The notes below the pieces were generated by a model. That model made no database searches. It was not told where the DNA came from and saw nothing but the letters and a program-made list of their open reading frames with translations. Of a DNA stretch of 64,000 nucleotides, positions 29,356 through 38,125 are shown piece by piece. Position numbers and translations under genes: made by a program. Position 1 is the first letter of the stretch. Each line of letters opens with the position of its first letter. The stretch spans positions 48,393 through 112,392 of the forward strand of contig JAYZQJ010000133.1 in assembly GCA_036149055.1 (NCBI GenBank). The letters are read 5' to 3'. The DNA comes from Myxococcota bacterium (GTDB lineage Bacteria > Myxococcota_A > Polyangia > Polyangiales > Sandaracinaceae).

Positions 29356-29442
29356 CCCCGGGGGGGGGGGACGGAGTGAACTTGTCAACTTAGGTAGTCC
29401 GAATGCCTACGTAAGTTAACAAGTTCACTCCGTCCCCGGGTC
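29354..29442. repeat. Long imperfect palindrome (REP-like; may also act as a bidirectional terminator)
   Basis: GGGGACGGAGTGAACTTGTCAACTTA (29367-29392) vs TAAGTTAACAAGTTCACTCCGTCCCC (29412-29437): 25/26 complementary. Confidence 0.85.
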
Positions 29443-29476
29443 CCTGTCTCCGGAGCCTCAGTCCCCGTTCGAGGGA

Positions 29477-29644
29477 CCGGGGACGGAGTTTCCTTGTTGC
29501 CCAGCGGGGCTCCCGACGTCCGAACGCCCTCCGATCAGCGCCGCGAGAGGCCGGATGCGGGAGAGATCAGCCCGGAGAGAGCGACCTGCGCGGGCCTCAC
29601 ACGGCCGCGAGGTGGCATTCGGAAACAAGGAAACTCCGTCCCGG
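29477..29644. repeat. Second inverted-repeat element (MITE/REP-like)
   Basis: GGGACGGAGTTTCCTTGTT (29480-29498) and its exact reverse complement AACAAGGAAACTCCGTCCC (29624-29642). Confidence 0.8.
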
Positions 29645-29653
29645 AGTCTGAGA

Positions 29654-30559
29654 TCAGCGACGTTGGAGCGCGGCGCGGAGCTGCTCGGCGGCGTCGAGCA
29701 TGCCGACTCCGGGGTCGTCGAGGAGGTCGCCGTCGAGCTCGATGACGTCGTCCGGGCAGGCGCGAAGGTGGGTCAGCGCGGGGTGCTCGCAGATGGGGCC
29801 GCGCATGCCCTCGCGGGTGACCAGGAGGTCGGGGTCGAGGGTGAGCAGCTGCTCGGCGGCGTACTGCGGCCAGCCGTCGAGGTGTGCGGCCGCGTCCTCG
29901 AGCCCGGCGGCGACGAGCACGTCGTGGTAGCTGGTGCCGCGCGCGCCTCCGTAGAAGCGATCCGCGTAGACGCTCAGGTAGAGCGCGCGCCCCGACGGGG
30001 CTCCCCCCGACAGGGCGTCCATGCGGCGGTCGAAGGACGCGGCGAAGCGCTCGCCGCGATCCGGCGCGCCACACAAGGCGCCGAGCTGGCGGATGTCCTC
30101 GGTGAGGGTGCGCCGGCCCTCGAGCGCGCCCAGGTCGAAGACGGTGAGCCCTGCCTCCCGGAGGCGCTCGACCCGCCGCCGCGCCGCGACGTTGTGGGTG
30201 ATCACGAGGTCCGGCCGCAGCGCGAGGATGGCCTCGGTGTCGTCGAGCGTGCCGATCGTGTCGGTGCCCGCGTAGCGATAGCCGTCGGGCCCCTCCAGGC
30301 TGCGGGTGGTGACGGCGACGACGCGGTCCCGCGGGCAGAGCTCGAGGAGCAGGCGGTCCGCGACGGTGCTGGCCGAGACGATGCGCCGGAATTCGCGGAG
30401 GCGGACCTCGACGCCGGTGGCGTCCACGAGCGAGGTGACGCGCTCGCCTTCGCCCGCCGCCGCCGCTCCACCCCCTCGAGACCAGCGCCCGGCGAGGCCG
30501 ACCGACGCCGCGACCGCGAGCAGCGCCGCCGTCAGGTTGAGGAGCGACGTGCGGCTCAC
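29654..30559 (-). CDS. Helical-backbone ABC substrate-binding protein (iron-complex/cobalamin type)
   Basis: 'RRIVS', 'EAILALRPDLVI', 'EQLLTLDPD'. Confidence 0.85.
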   Translation of the reverse strand: MSRTSLLNLTAALLAVAASVGLAGRWSRGGGAAAAGEGERVTSLVDATGVEVRLREFRRIVSASTVADRLLLELCPRDRVVAVTTRSLEGPDGYRYAGTDTIGTLDDTEAILALRPDLVITHNVAARRRVERLREAGLTVFDLGALEGRRTLTEDIRQLGALCGAPDRGERFAASFDRRMDALSGGAPSGRALYLSVYADRFYGGARGTSYHDVLVAAGLEDAAAHLDGWPQYAAEQLLTLDPDLLVTREGMRGPICEHPALTHLRACPDDVIELDGDLLDDPGVGMLDAAEQLRAALQRR

Positions 30560-31311
30560 GCCGGCCCCCCGAGCCGGAAGCCGAGCGCGGCGTCCTCGAG
30601 CAGCTCGACCCCGTAGACCGCGCGCACGTGCTCGGGCGAGACGACCTCGGCGCTCGGGCCCGAGGCCACCACCGCTCCGTCCTTCAAGAGCAGCGCCCGA
30701 TCGGTGCGCCGGCGCGCGGCGTCGAGCCCGTGCAGGACCACCACCAGCGCGTAGCCCTCGTCGGCCAGCTCGCGCAGCAGGGCGTGGAGCTCGAGCGCGT
30801 GCCGCACGTCGAGCGCCTCGGTCGGCTCGTCGAGCAGGATCACCCGCGCCTCGGTCGCCAGGGCCCGCGCGAGCAGCACCCGGCGCGCCTCTCCGGCGGA
30901 GAGGTGGTCGAAGCGGCGACGGGCCAGCCCGACCACGTCGCAGCGCTCCATCGCGTCGTGAATGGCGCGCCGATCCCCCTCCCCCGGCCGACCGAGCCCG
31001 CCGGTGTGCGCGTAGCGGCCGTGCCCGACGACGGTCTCGACGTGGAGCGCCGACGTGAGCTGGGTGCGCTGCGGCACGTAGGCGAGGCGGGTCGCGCGGT
31101 GGCGCGCCGGGAGCTCCTTCAGGGGCTCGCCGTCGAGCGTGATGGCGCCGTCGTGGGGCAGCAGGCCGACGATCGCCTTGAGCAGGGTGCTCTTGCCGGC
31201 GCCGTTCGGGCCGAGCACGCAGCTGATCGCGCCCCGCGGCGCCTCGAAGTCGACGCCGTCCAGCACGACCCGACGACCGCGCCGGACGCGGAGCCCACGC
31301 ACCTCGATCAC
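30556..31311 (-). CDS. ABC ATP-binding subunit (FecE/BtuD/HmuV type)
   Basis: GPNGAGKST, 'YVPQ', LSAGE signature, LLDEPT. Confidence 0.92.
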   Translation of the reverse strand: MIEVRGLRVRRGRRVVLDGVDFEAPRGAISCVLGPNGAGKSTLLKAIVGLLPHDGAITLDGEPLKELPARHRATRLAYVPQRTQLTSALHVETVVGHGRYAHTGGLGRPGEGDRRAIHDAMERCDVVGLARRRFDHLSAGEARRVLLARALATEARVILLDEPTEALDVRHALELHALLRELADEGYALVVVLHGLDAARRRTDRALLLKDGAVVASGPSAEVVSPEHVRAVYGVELLEDAALGFRLGGPA

Positions 31312-32282
31312 GCCTCCTCCTTCGCCGTCCGGAGCAGCAGCGCGAGGAAGAGCGGCGCGCCCACGATGCCGGTCACCACGCCGAGCGGGACCTCGGTCTG
31401 GGTCGGCACCACCCGGGCGAGCAGATCGCACGCCCCCAGGAAGACGCCGCCGCCGAGGAGCGCGGCCGGCACGAGCTTGCGGTGCTCCGCGCCGACGAAG
31501 GGGCGCAGCGCGTGCGGCACCACGAGCCCCACGAACGCGATGTTCCCCCCGAGCGCGACCGCGGCCGCGGTGAGCACGGCGACCCAGACCACCGACCAGC
31601 GGCGCGCCCGGGTCACGTCGACGCCGAGCGTCGAGGCCTCGTCGTCGCCGCTCAGGAGCAGGTCGAGCGGGCGGCCCCACAGATACGCCGCGAGCACGCC
31701 GGCGCCGACCAGCGGCATCGCGAGGCGCACGTGCGACCAGCCGACCCCGCCGAGGCCGCCGAGGGTGAAGGACACCACCGCCCGGCCGAGCTCGTGGTGC
31801 TCCTGCGCGAGGGTCGTGAGGAAGGAGCCCACCGCGAGGAAGAGCGAGGTGAGCGCGAAGCCGATGAGGAGCAGCGACAGCAGGTCGGCCCCGCGCCGGA
31901 CGAAGGCGAGCAGCACGAGCAGGCTCAGCAGCGCGCCCAGGAGACACCCGATCGGCAGCAGCATCTCCGGCGCCAGCCAGGAGATGGATAGGGCCCCGTG
32001 GGCGAGCAGCACGCACTGCCCGCCGAACGAGGCGCCGGCGGTGGTGCCGAGGATGGACGGCGAGGCGAGCGGGTTGCGGAAGAGCCCCTGGACCACCACG
32101 CCGCCCACCGCGAGCCCGCCCCCCGCGAGCAGCGCCGCGAGCACCCGCGCGCCCCGGAGCTCGAGGAAGATCTCCCGCAGCCCGGCGTCGCCCAGGTCGC
32201 CGGGCCCGACGAACAGCGCCCCGATCGACACGAGAGCGAGCCCGGCGAGGAGCACCAAGTACGTCCGAGCGGCTCGGCCCAC
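31308..32282 (-). CDS. FecCD/BtuC family ABC permease
   Basis: 'QGLFRNPLASPSILG', 'IAFVGLVVPH', 'PLGVVTGIVGAP'. Confidence 0.92.
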   Translation of the reverse strand: MGRAARTYLVLLAGLALVSIGALFVGPGDLGDAGLREIFLELRGARVLAALLAGGGLAVGGVVVQGLFRNPLASPSILGTTAGASFGGQCVLLAHGALSISWLAPEMLLPIGCLLGALLSLLVLLAFVRRGADLLSLLLIGFALTSLFLAVGSFLTTLAQEHHELGRAVVSFTLGGLGGVGWSHVRLAMPLVGAGVLAAYLWGRPLDLLLSGDDEASTLGVDVTRARRWSVVWVAVLTAAAVALGGNIAFVGLVVPHALRPFVGAEHRKLVPAALLGGGVFLGACDLLARVVPTQTEVPLGVVTGIVGAPLFLALLLRTAKEEA

Positions 32283-32368
32283 CGGGCCTCCGTAGCACGC
32301 GCGCGGAGAATTCGCCGTGGTTCCCGGGCGTTGCGCCGCCTCGCCCATATCCCCATCCTGGGGCGCTT

Positions 32369-32387
32369 GATAATGAGATTGACTTTC
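32369..32387. promoter_or_regulatory. Fur-box-like site in the divergent permease/bfd promoter
   Basis: GATAATGAGATTGACTTTC matches 14/19 of GATAATGATAATCATTATC; AT-rich island in a GC-rich background. Confidence 0.7.
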
Positions 32388-32416
32388 AGTCCGGAAGGGT
32401 TAGATCGAACCTCGTC

Positions 32417-32632
32417 GTGCTGGTCTGTCACTGCCATCGGGTCAACGACCGGGTCATTCGCGAAGCCGCCGAGGCGGGCGCGCGGAGCTGCGACGATGTC
32501 GGCGCCGCGTGCGGAGCCGGCACCGGCTGCGGCGGCTGCCGTCCGGCCATCGAGGGCGTGTTGACGAGCGTGCGCGCGGCCGAAGGCGGCGCCTCGCTCC
32601 CCGTCATCCGCGCCCCCGAGCCCGGCGTCTGA
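32417..32632 (+). CDS. bfd: Bacterioferritin-associated [2Fe-2S] ferredoxin
   Basis: 'VCHCHRVND..IR...GAGTGCGGC'; directly upstream of bfr. Confidence 0.92.
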   Translation: MLVCHCHRVNDRVIREAAEAGARSCDDVGAACGAGTGCGGCRPAIEGVLTSVRAAEGGASLPVIRAPEPGV

Positions 32633-32639
32633 CGACACC

Positions 32640-32658
32640 GACAATCGTAGTCATTCTG
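32640..32658. promoter_or_regulatory. Possible second Fur-like box upstream of bfr
   Basis: GACAATCGTAGTCATTCTG, 13/19 to the consensus. Confidence 0.4.
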
Positions 32659-32710
32659 AGGTGTTCCGCTTTGACGTGACGCCCTCGATGTTCCGCGTTA
32701 GCGTGCGGGC

Positions 32711-33190
32711 ATGAAGGGCGATCCCGACGTCATCGAGCTGCTCAACGAGGTCCTCACGGCCGAGCTGACGGCGATCAACCAGTACTTCATCCACGCGAAG
32801 ATGTGTGAGAACTGGGGGTATCACCGCCTCGCGAAGAAGAAGCGGCACGAGTCCATCGAGGAGATGCACCACGCCGACTGGGTCATCGAGCGCATCCTGT
32901 TCCTCGACGGCGTGCCGAACATGCAGCGCCTCTTCCCGGTGCGGGTCGGCGAGAACGCCGTCGAGCAGCACGAGCTGGACCTCGCGGTCGAGGTCGAGGC
33001 GCGCGAGCGGCTGAACAAGGGCATCGCGCTCGCCCGCTCCAAGAGCGACAACGGGACCGCGGACCTGCTCGAGAAGATCCTCGAGAACGAGGAGGAGGGG
33101 ATCGACTGGCTCGAGTCCCAGCTCCACGTCATCAGCGAGATCGGCAAGGAGCGCTACCTCGCCGAGCAGATGGGCCACGACGAGGAGTGA
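32711..33190 (+). CDS. bfr: Bacterioferritin
   Basis: 'MKGD..VI..LN..L..ELTAINQYF.H', 'ESIEEMHHAD..IERILFLDG.PN'. Confidence 0.97.
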   Translation: MKGDPDVIELLNEVLTAELTAINQYFIHAKMCENWGYHRLAKKKRHESIEEMHHADWVIERILFLDGVPNMQRLFPVRVGENAVEQHELDLAVEVEARERLNKGIALARSKSDNGTADLLEKILENEEEGIDWLESQLHVISEIGKERYLAEQMGHDEE

Positions 33191-34756
33191 TCACCGGCGG
33201 CGCGCGAGCAAGCCGAGGAGCGCCAGGAGCGCCCACGGCGCCGCGCGCCGCGATCCGGTGGCCCGGCAGCCGCAGCCGCCGCCCTCCTCGCTCGCCGCGC
33301 CCCCGCCGTCCACGCCGCTCCCCGCGTCTCGCGGAGGTGTGGACGCGTCGACCGGCGGCCTGATCCCGGCGTCGCCTTCGGGCTCGACGCCCGGCTCGTG
33401 CCACTCGTAGGCCCCGACGTCGACGCCGGCCCCCTGCGGCCGCGCGATGCCGTCGAGGTCCGTCGCCGGGGCGCCGTCCTCGGTCCCGACGTCGATGGCC
33501 GGCGATCCCGGGAGGAGGTGCAGATCCCACGGCGCGGCCGGCCCGACGAAGAGCGCCGCCGGATCCTCGATGAGCAGGTTGTGGTCCTCGACCACGCCGT
33601 CTCCCTCGTTCGCGAGCGCGGTGACGAGGTTGTTCCGCACCACCCCGTCGCTCTCCCGGCCGTCCTTGTGGGGCGCGATCTGGATCCACGGCGGCCCGGG
33701 CCGCTCACCGTTCGGGTCGACCACGGTGTTGTTGACCACCCGCGCGTTGCGCGCCCCGAGCAGCGTGATGCCGTGCCAGTGATCGGTGACGATCACGTTG
33801 TTCTCGACCACCCAGTCCACGAAGAAGCCGTCGAAGCAGCCGATCCCCTGCAGCGGCCCACGGAGCGGCTGGTCCGCGTCCTCGTAGTTGACGATCACGT
33901 TGCCGCGGAGGGTCATGCCCCGCACCTCCCCGGTGCCGACGCCGCCCTCCCCCACCGACCAGCTCTGGAAGCCGTCGTCGTGGTTGTCGTCGACGTCGTA
34001 GCAGTTCGCCACGTAGTTGTGCTCGAAGGTCGAGTCGTCCCCGAGCCCGCGCAGACCGTCGCCGGAGAAGTTGCGGATGGAGTTCCGGGACACCAGCGTC
34101 CGGTCGCCGCTCGCCGAGATGCCGAAGCGCACGTTGGTCAGCGTGTTGCCGCGCACGATCACGTCTCGCGAGTCGGTCGAGATGCCGCTGCACGCCCGCG
34201 CGACCCAGTCGTCCGCGCTCCAGCCGGACACGTCTCGCACCGTGAACACCTCGTTGTCTTCGATCACCACGTCGAAGCTCGGGCCCCGGAAGCCGTGGTC
34301 CTCGACCTCGACGATCGTCACCCGCTCGAAGGGCTCGGCGTACGAAGGGCTCAAGGAGACCCCGCGCAGCACCCAGCCGCTCGAGGCGCGGAAGAGCGCG
34401 CGCCGCAGCGTGGGCGTCGCGCCGTCCATGGGCGCGATCGTGATCGGGGCCGCGTTGTGCATCGACTCGACGACCAGCTCGCCGTGGTGCCCGGAGCCCA
34501 GCAGGATGCGGTCGCCGGGGCCGATGGGCGCGCCCGGATTCACCGGCTCCAGCGCCGCGCCGTCCGCGTACGGCAGCGACGCCCAGTTGCGGCTCTCGAT
34601 CAGGTCCGCCTCGACGACCTCCTGCAGCGTTCGCCAGGGGCGCGCCGCGCTTCCGTCGCCGTCGGGGCTGCCGGAGGCGGGGTCGACGTAGAAGTCCTCC
34701 GCGCTCGCGAGGGCGGGGCAGAGCCAGACGGCGAGGAGGAGGCAGGTCACGCGCAT
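33191..34756 (-). CDS. Secreted right-handed beta-helix protein with choice-of-anchor-Q-like segment and MYXO-CTERM
   Basis: Signal peptide; 'YVDP..G..GDGS...PWRTL'; Asn-ladder repeats; 'GSPAIDVG..DLDG..RPQG...DVGAYE'; 'GCGC...LLARRR'. Confidence 0.85.
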   Translation of the reverse strand: MRVTCLLLAVWLCPALASAEDFYVDPASGSPDGDGSAARPWRTLQEVVEADLIESRNWASLPYADGAALEPVNPGAPIGPGDRILLGSGHHGELVVESMHNAAPITIAPMDGATPTLRRALFRASSGWVLRGVSLSPSYAEPFERVTIVEVEDHGFRGPSFDVVIEDNEVFTVRDVSGWSADDWVARACSGISTDSRDVIVRGNTLTNVRFGISASGDRTLVSRNSIRNFSGDGLRGLGDDSTFEHNYVANCYDVDDNHDDGFQSWSVGEGGVGTGEVRGMTLRGNVIVNYEDADQPLRGPLQGIGCFDGFFVDWVVENNVIVTDHWHGITLLGARNARVVNNTVVDPNGERPGPPWIQIAPHKDGRESDGVVRNNLVTALANEGDGVVEDHNLLIEDPAALFVGPAAPWDLHLLPGSPAIDVGTEDGAPATDLDGIARPQGAGVDVGAYEWHEPGVEPEGDAGIRPPVDASTPPRDAGSGVDGGGAASEEGGGCGCRATGSRRAAPWALLALLGLLARRR

Positions 34757-34813
34757 GGGCCGAGGATACCCCGGGCGCGGGTCTCGACCGCACGCCTGGG
34801 CTACGGTTCGCGC

Positions 34814-35347
34814 ATGTATCGGATCACCAAAGGGATCCACGTGCACTTCGCGCATCACGTGCGAGGTCACCGTGGCGCCTGCATCTCGCTCCACGGGCAC
34901 ACCTGGAAGCTCGAGGTCACCGTGGCCGCGGCGGAGCTCGACGACGAGAGCTTCGTCGTCGACTTCGCGGTGATGAAGCGCGAGGTGCTCCAGCCGGCGC
35001 ACCTCCTCCTCGACCACAGCCTCGCGATCGGAGAGGCGACCTGGGGCGAGACGAAGGGCGAGCTCGCCGCGCTCGGCAACCTCCTCGTCGACTCGCGGCA
35101 GCACACCATGGGCAGCCGCGGCGAGCTCCAGCCCCACCTCGAGGGCGAGCTCGCGGGCGCGCGCAACGAGCTGCCCGGCGACATCAAGATCGCCGTGTTC
35201 CCGTTCGCCCCCACCTCGGAGACCCTGGCCCGCTGGCTCTACGAGCTCGCCGAGCAGCGCCTCGCGGACGACCGGGTCTCCGTCGTGAACGCCCGGATCT
35301 ACGAGGCGCTGCACCCGGTCGAGACCTGGGCCGAATGGTCGCCCTGA
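34814..35347 (+). CDS. queD: 6-carboxytetrahydropterin synthase (QueD/PTPS family), long form
   Basis: 'FAHH....GACISLHGHTW', 'VVDF', 'LDH', 'PTSETLARW', 'IYE'. Confidence 0.8.
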   Translation: MYRITKGIHVHFAHHVRGHRGACISLHGHTWKLEVTVAAAELDDESFVVDFAVMKREVLQPAHLLLDHSLAIGEATWGETKGELAALGNLLVDSRQHTMGSRGELQPHLEGELAGARNELPGDIKIAVFPFAPTSETLARWLYELAEQRLADDRVSVVNARIYEALHPVETWAEWSP

Positions 35348-35389
35348 TCCGCCATATTCTCGTCACTTGACGACAGAATCGTCTGCCGT

Positions 35390-35926
35390 ATGCCTCCCGG
35401 GCAGATGATTCGGCTAGACGACACCGATCGGCAGATCCTGGCGATCCTGCAGCGGGACGCGCGGACGAGCCTCGCGGCGCTCGCGGAGGCGGTGGGGCTG
35501 ACCGCCACGCCGCTCCGCGCGCGGCTCGACCGGCTGGAGGCCGACGGGGCGATCCGCGGCTACCACGCCGACGTCGACCCGACCCTGGTGGGCCGGCCGG
35601 TGCGGGCGTTCGTGCACGTCACGATGAAGGACCAGGGGCTCGACCACCACGAGCGCTTCGTGCGCGAGGTGGCGGAGCTGCCGTCGGTGGTCAGCGTGCA
35701 TCACATCGCGGGGGAGGAAGACTTCATCCTCGAGGTCCTCTTCGAGGACATGGGCTCGGTGCGCACCTTCCTGCTGGAGAAGCTCGGGTCGATCTCGAGC
35801 ATCGGCAGGGTGAAGACGAGCTTCGTGCTCGACTCGCCGAAGCACCGCGCGCCCGTGCCGCTCACCGGGGACCTCGAGCCGGAACGACCCAGGAAGAAGC
35901 GCAAGAAGCGCGGAGGTGGATCGTGA
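35390..35926 (+). CDS. Lrp/AsnC transcriptional regulator
   Basis: 'LDDTDRQILAILQRDAR..LAEAVGL...RL..LE..G.IRGY', 'AGEEDF'. Confidence 0.93.
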   Translation: MPPGQMIRLDDTDRQILAILQRDARTSLAALAEAVGLTATPLRARLDRLEADGAIRGYHADVDPTLVGRPVRAFVHVTMKDQGLDHHERFVREVAELPSVVSVHHIAGEEDFILEVLFEDMGSVRTFLLEKLGSISSIGRVKTSFVLDSPKHRAPVPLTGDLEPERPRKKRKKRGGGS

Positions 35927-36546
35927 GCGTCGCGGCGTTCGGTGCGCTCTGTGTCTCGTCCCTCTTCACCGTGATCGACCCGCTGGGCGTGGCGCCCATC
36001 TTCGCGTCGATGACGGCCAAGGCGGACGCATCCGCGCGGCGACGGACCGCGCTGAAGGCGGTGCTGACCGCGCTGTGCGTGCTCGCGCTCTTCGCGATGA
36101 GCGGCTCGGCGCTGCTCCGCCTCTTCGGCGTGACCATCGAGGCGTTCCAGATCGCCGGCGGCATCCTCTTCGCGCTGCTCGGGCTGACGATGCTGAACGG
36201 CTCGACCGCCCGCCCCGCCGCCGACGAGGCGGAGCCCGCGGAGGATCCCAGCGTCGTCCCCCTCGGCGTGCCGCTCATCGGCGGCCCGGGCGCGATGACG
36301 ACGGTGATGGTGCTGACCGGTCAGGCGGAGACGCCCGCCCACGTCGGCATGCTCGCCGGCGCGGTCCTGGTCGTGCTCGGCCTGACCTGGGCGGTGCTCG
36401 CGATGGCGCCCTCCCTCTTCGCCCGCCTCGGCCCGCAGGGCGTCGCGCTCACCACCAAGATCATGGGCCTGGTGGTGCTCGTCATCGGCGTGCAGTTCGT
36501 GATCAACGGCGTCGTCCCCGTCGCCCGCGCGATCATCAGCCCCTGA
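35923..36546 (+). CDS. MarC family membrane protein
   Basis: 'DPLG..PIF', 'AFQIAGGIL', 'VPLGVPLIGGPGA', 'KIMGL'. Confidence 0.93.
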   Translation: MSVAAFGALCVSSLFTVIDPLGVAPIFASMTAKADASARRRTALKAVLTALCVLALFAMSGSALLRLFGVTIEAFQIAGGILFALLGLTMLNGSTARPAADEAEPAEDPSVVPLGVPLIGGPGAMTTVMVLTGQAETPAHVGMLAGAVLVVLGLTWAVLAMAPSLFARLGPQGVALTTKIMGLVVLVIGVQFVINGVVPVARAIISP

Positions 36547-37537
36547 AGCGGACGCGGTTGTAGGCGACGACGGCGTGATTGAAGCCGTCGACCGTGGACT
36601 GGAAGGCGCGCTGCAGCAGCCGGAGGACCGGGTGCGGGTTGTCTCGGACGTAGCGCATGAAACGAAGCTGCCCGCGCAGCATGTCCTCGGTCTCTCGCAC
36701 GTAGGTGGCGAAGCCCTCGGGTAGGTGCTCGCCCTGCGCCGGTCGGTACCCCTGGATCCTCTCGATCTCCTGCTCGAAGACCGTCACCGCGGACACGTAG
36801 GCCTCCCGGTCGGAGGCCGGGATCGCGCCGGTCCGGTCGAAGGTCAGGATCAGCGCCTGCCCCTGGTCGAGGAGCTGTCGCCCCCGGAACATCGTGCGCT
36901 CGACGAGGAACGCGCCTCTCCGAAGTGGGTCCGTCTCGAGCTCCGCGAGTCGCAGCTCCATGCGCCTCCGCTCCACCACGTCGAGCTCCGCGCTGAACGC
37001 CCGCTCCGCCTCTTCGTAGGACCGGATCGCGGGCATGAGGCGGGCGTGGATCTCGCGCCCGCGGGCGAGACCATCGTCGCGGAAGCTCCCGCGCTGATAG
37101 TACGGGTCCAGCTCACGAAGGATGGGCACCAGCCGCTCGACCTGGGTCGCATAGGCCTCCCCCGTCCGCTCGAGCTCGGGCATCGAAGGGGCCATCGCCG
37201 CCGCGCGGGTGTGAGCGCGCCGGCAGAGCGAGGTGTCCACGCGGGGATCGAGCCGCGGCGGCCCATTGCGCGGCACGTCCTGGACGTCCGGGCCGGTGCG
37301 CTGGATGAACTCGCGGTACCTCGTCGTGGAACGCTCGATCGAGTCCCGCACCCGGTTGTAGCAGTCTCCGATGTAGACGTTGGTCTTCTCGGTCTGCTGT
37401 CCGAGTCGGTCCACTTCGGTGGGCGCAGCGTTGGTGGGCGGAGTCGGGCCGGGCGGATCGTCGCCGCCGAACGGAAGGGTACAGCCGAGGACGCCGAGGA
37501 CGGCGAGGAAGACGACGAGACGGGACGTGGTGCGCAT
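36536..37537 (-). CDS. DUF3829/YiiG-like lipoprotein
   Basis: Lipobox VLGC; 'YYQRGSFRDDGLARGREIHARL' resembles the DUF3829 motif; GAGAGGAGA RBS. Confidence 0.75.
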   Translation of the reverse strand: MRTTSRLVVFLAVLGVLGCTLPFGGDDPPGPTPPTNAAPTEVDRLGQQTEKTNVYIGDCYNRVRDSIERSTTRYREFIQRTGPDVQDVPRNGPPRLDPRVDTSLCRRAHTRAAAMAPSMPELERTGEAYATQVERLVPILRELDPYYQRGSFRDDGLARGREIHARLMPAIRSYEEAERAFSAELDVVERRRMELRLAELETDPLRRGAFLVERTMFRGRQLLDQGQALILTFDRTGAIPASDREAYVSAVTVFEQEIERIQGYRPAQGEHLPEGFATYVRETEDMLRGQLRFMRYVRDNPHPVLRLLQRAFQSTVDGFNHAVVAYNRVRFRG

Positions 37538-37590
37538 GAGCTCTCCTCTCGAGGCGCCCCATCGCGCCTCCGGCGCCCAGGTTGCGTGGC

Positions 37591-37998
37591 TCAGCGCGGG
37601 GGGGCGCCGATCGCGGCGAGGTGGCCGGCGAAGCGGGCGGCGACCTCGGCGCGGGCGAGCAGCTCGAGGCGCCGGCCGAGGCGAGGCGAGGCGCGGAAGA
37701 GACGCTGGAGCTCTCGCGCCTCCTCGCCGGCCCGTCGGGACGCGGCGCGGACCGCCATCCGGTCGAGCACGTGCTGCACCCGGGCGCCGGCGTGCGCGCC
37801 CCGGATGCCGGGCGACCACAGCACGTCGAGCACGTGCCGCCGCCCCTCCTCGAGCCCTCGCTGCCAGGCCTCGATCGCCCCGGGCAGCGTCGCCTCGTCC
37901 GCGTGCGCGGCCGGCATGGGGAGACGCAGCGGCGCGTCGTAGTGTCGGGAGAGCTCGAGCAGCTCCGCCGGGGAGGAGGCGTCTTCGAGGGACCGCAT
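37591..37998 (-). CDS. Hypothetical protein
   Basis: Fills the gap; helical protein-like composition; no family recognised. Confidence 0.5.
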   Translation of the reverse strand: MRSLEDASSPAELLELSRHYDAPLRLPMPAAHADEATLPGAIEAWQRGLEEGRRHVLDVLWSPGIRGAHAGARVQHVLDRMAVRAASRRAGEEARELQRLFRASPRLGRRLELLARAEVAARFAGHLAAIGAPPR

Positions 37999-38125
37999 CG
38001 CGCCCGTTCGAGGGTAGCCCCTCCGCGTGCACGCCGAAAGCACGGTTCGGACGTCTCACGACAGGGAGGTTGACCGCGCAGCCGATGAAATTGTCGCGGA
38101 GCGCCTCGTTCGGCAGGCTGCCGCC

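Noticed and set aside
29360..29370. Poly-G phase-variation tract
   Set aside because: Intergenic; the opposite palindrome arm has only four C, so homopolymer expansion or a sequencing artefact is more likely.
29354..29644. CRISPR array or integron attC sites
   Set aside because: Repeats are inverted rather than regularly spaced direct repeats; no cas or integrase gene; no clear RYYYAAC/GTTRRRY ends.
32283..32416. Cobalamin riboswitch before the Btu-like transporter
   Set aside because: Region is short, shows no recognisable B12-box, and contains a Fur-like site instead.
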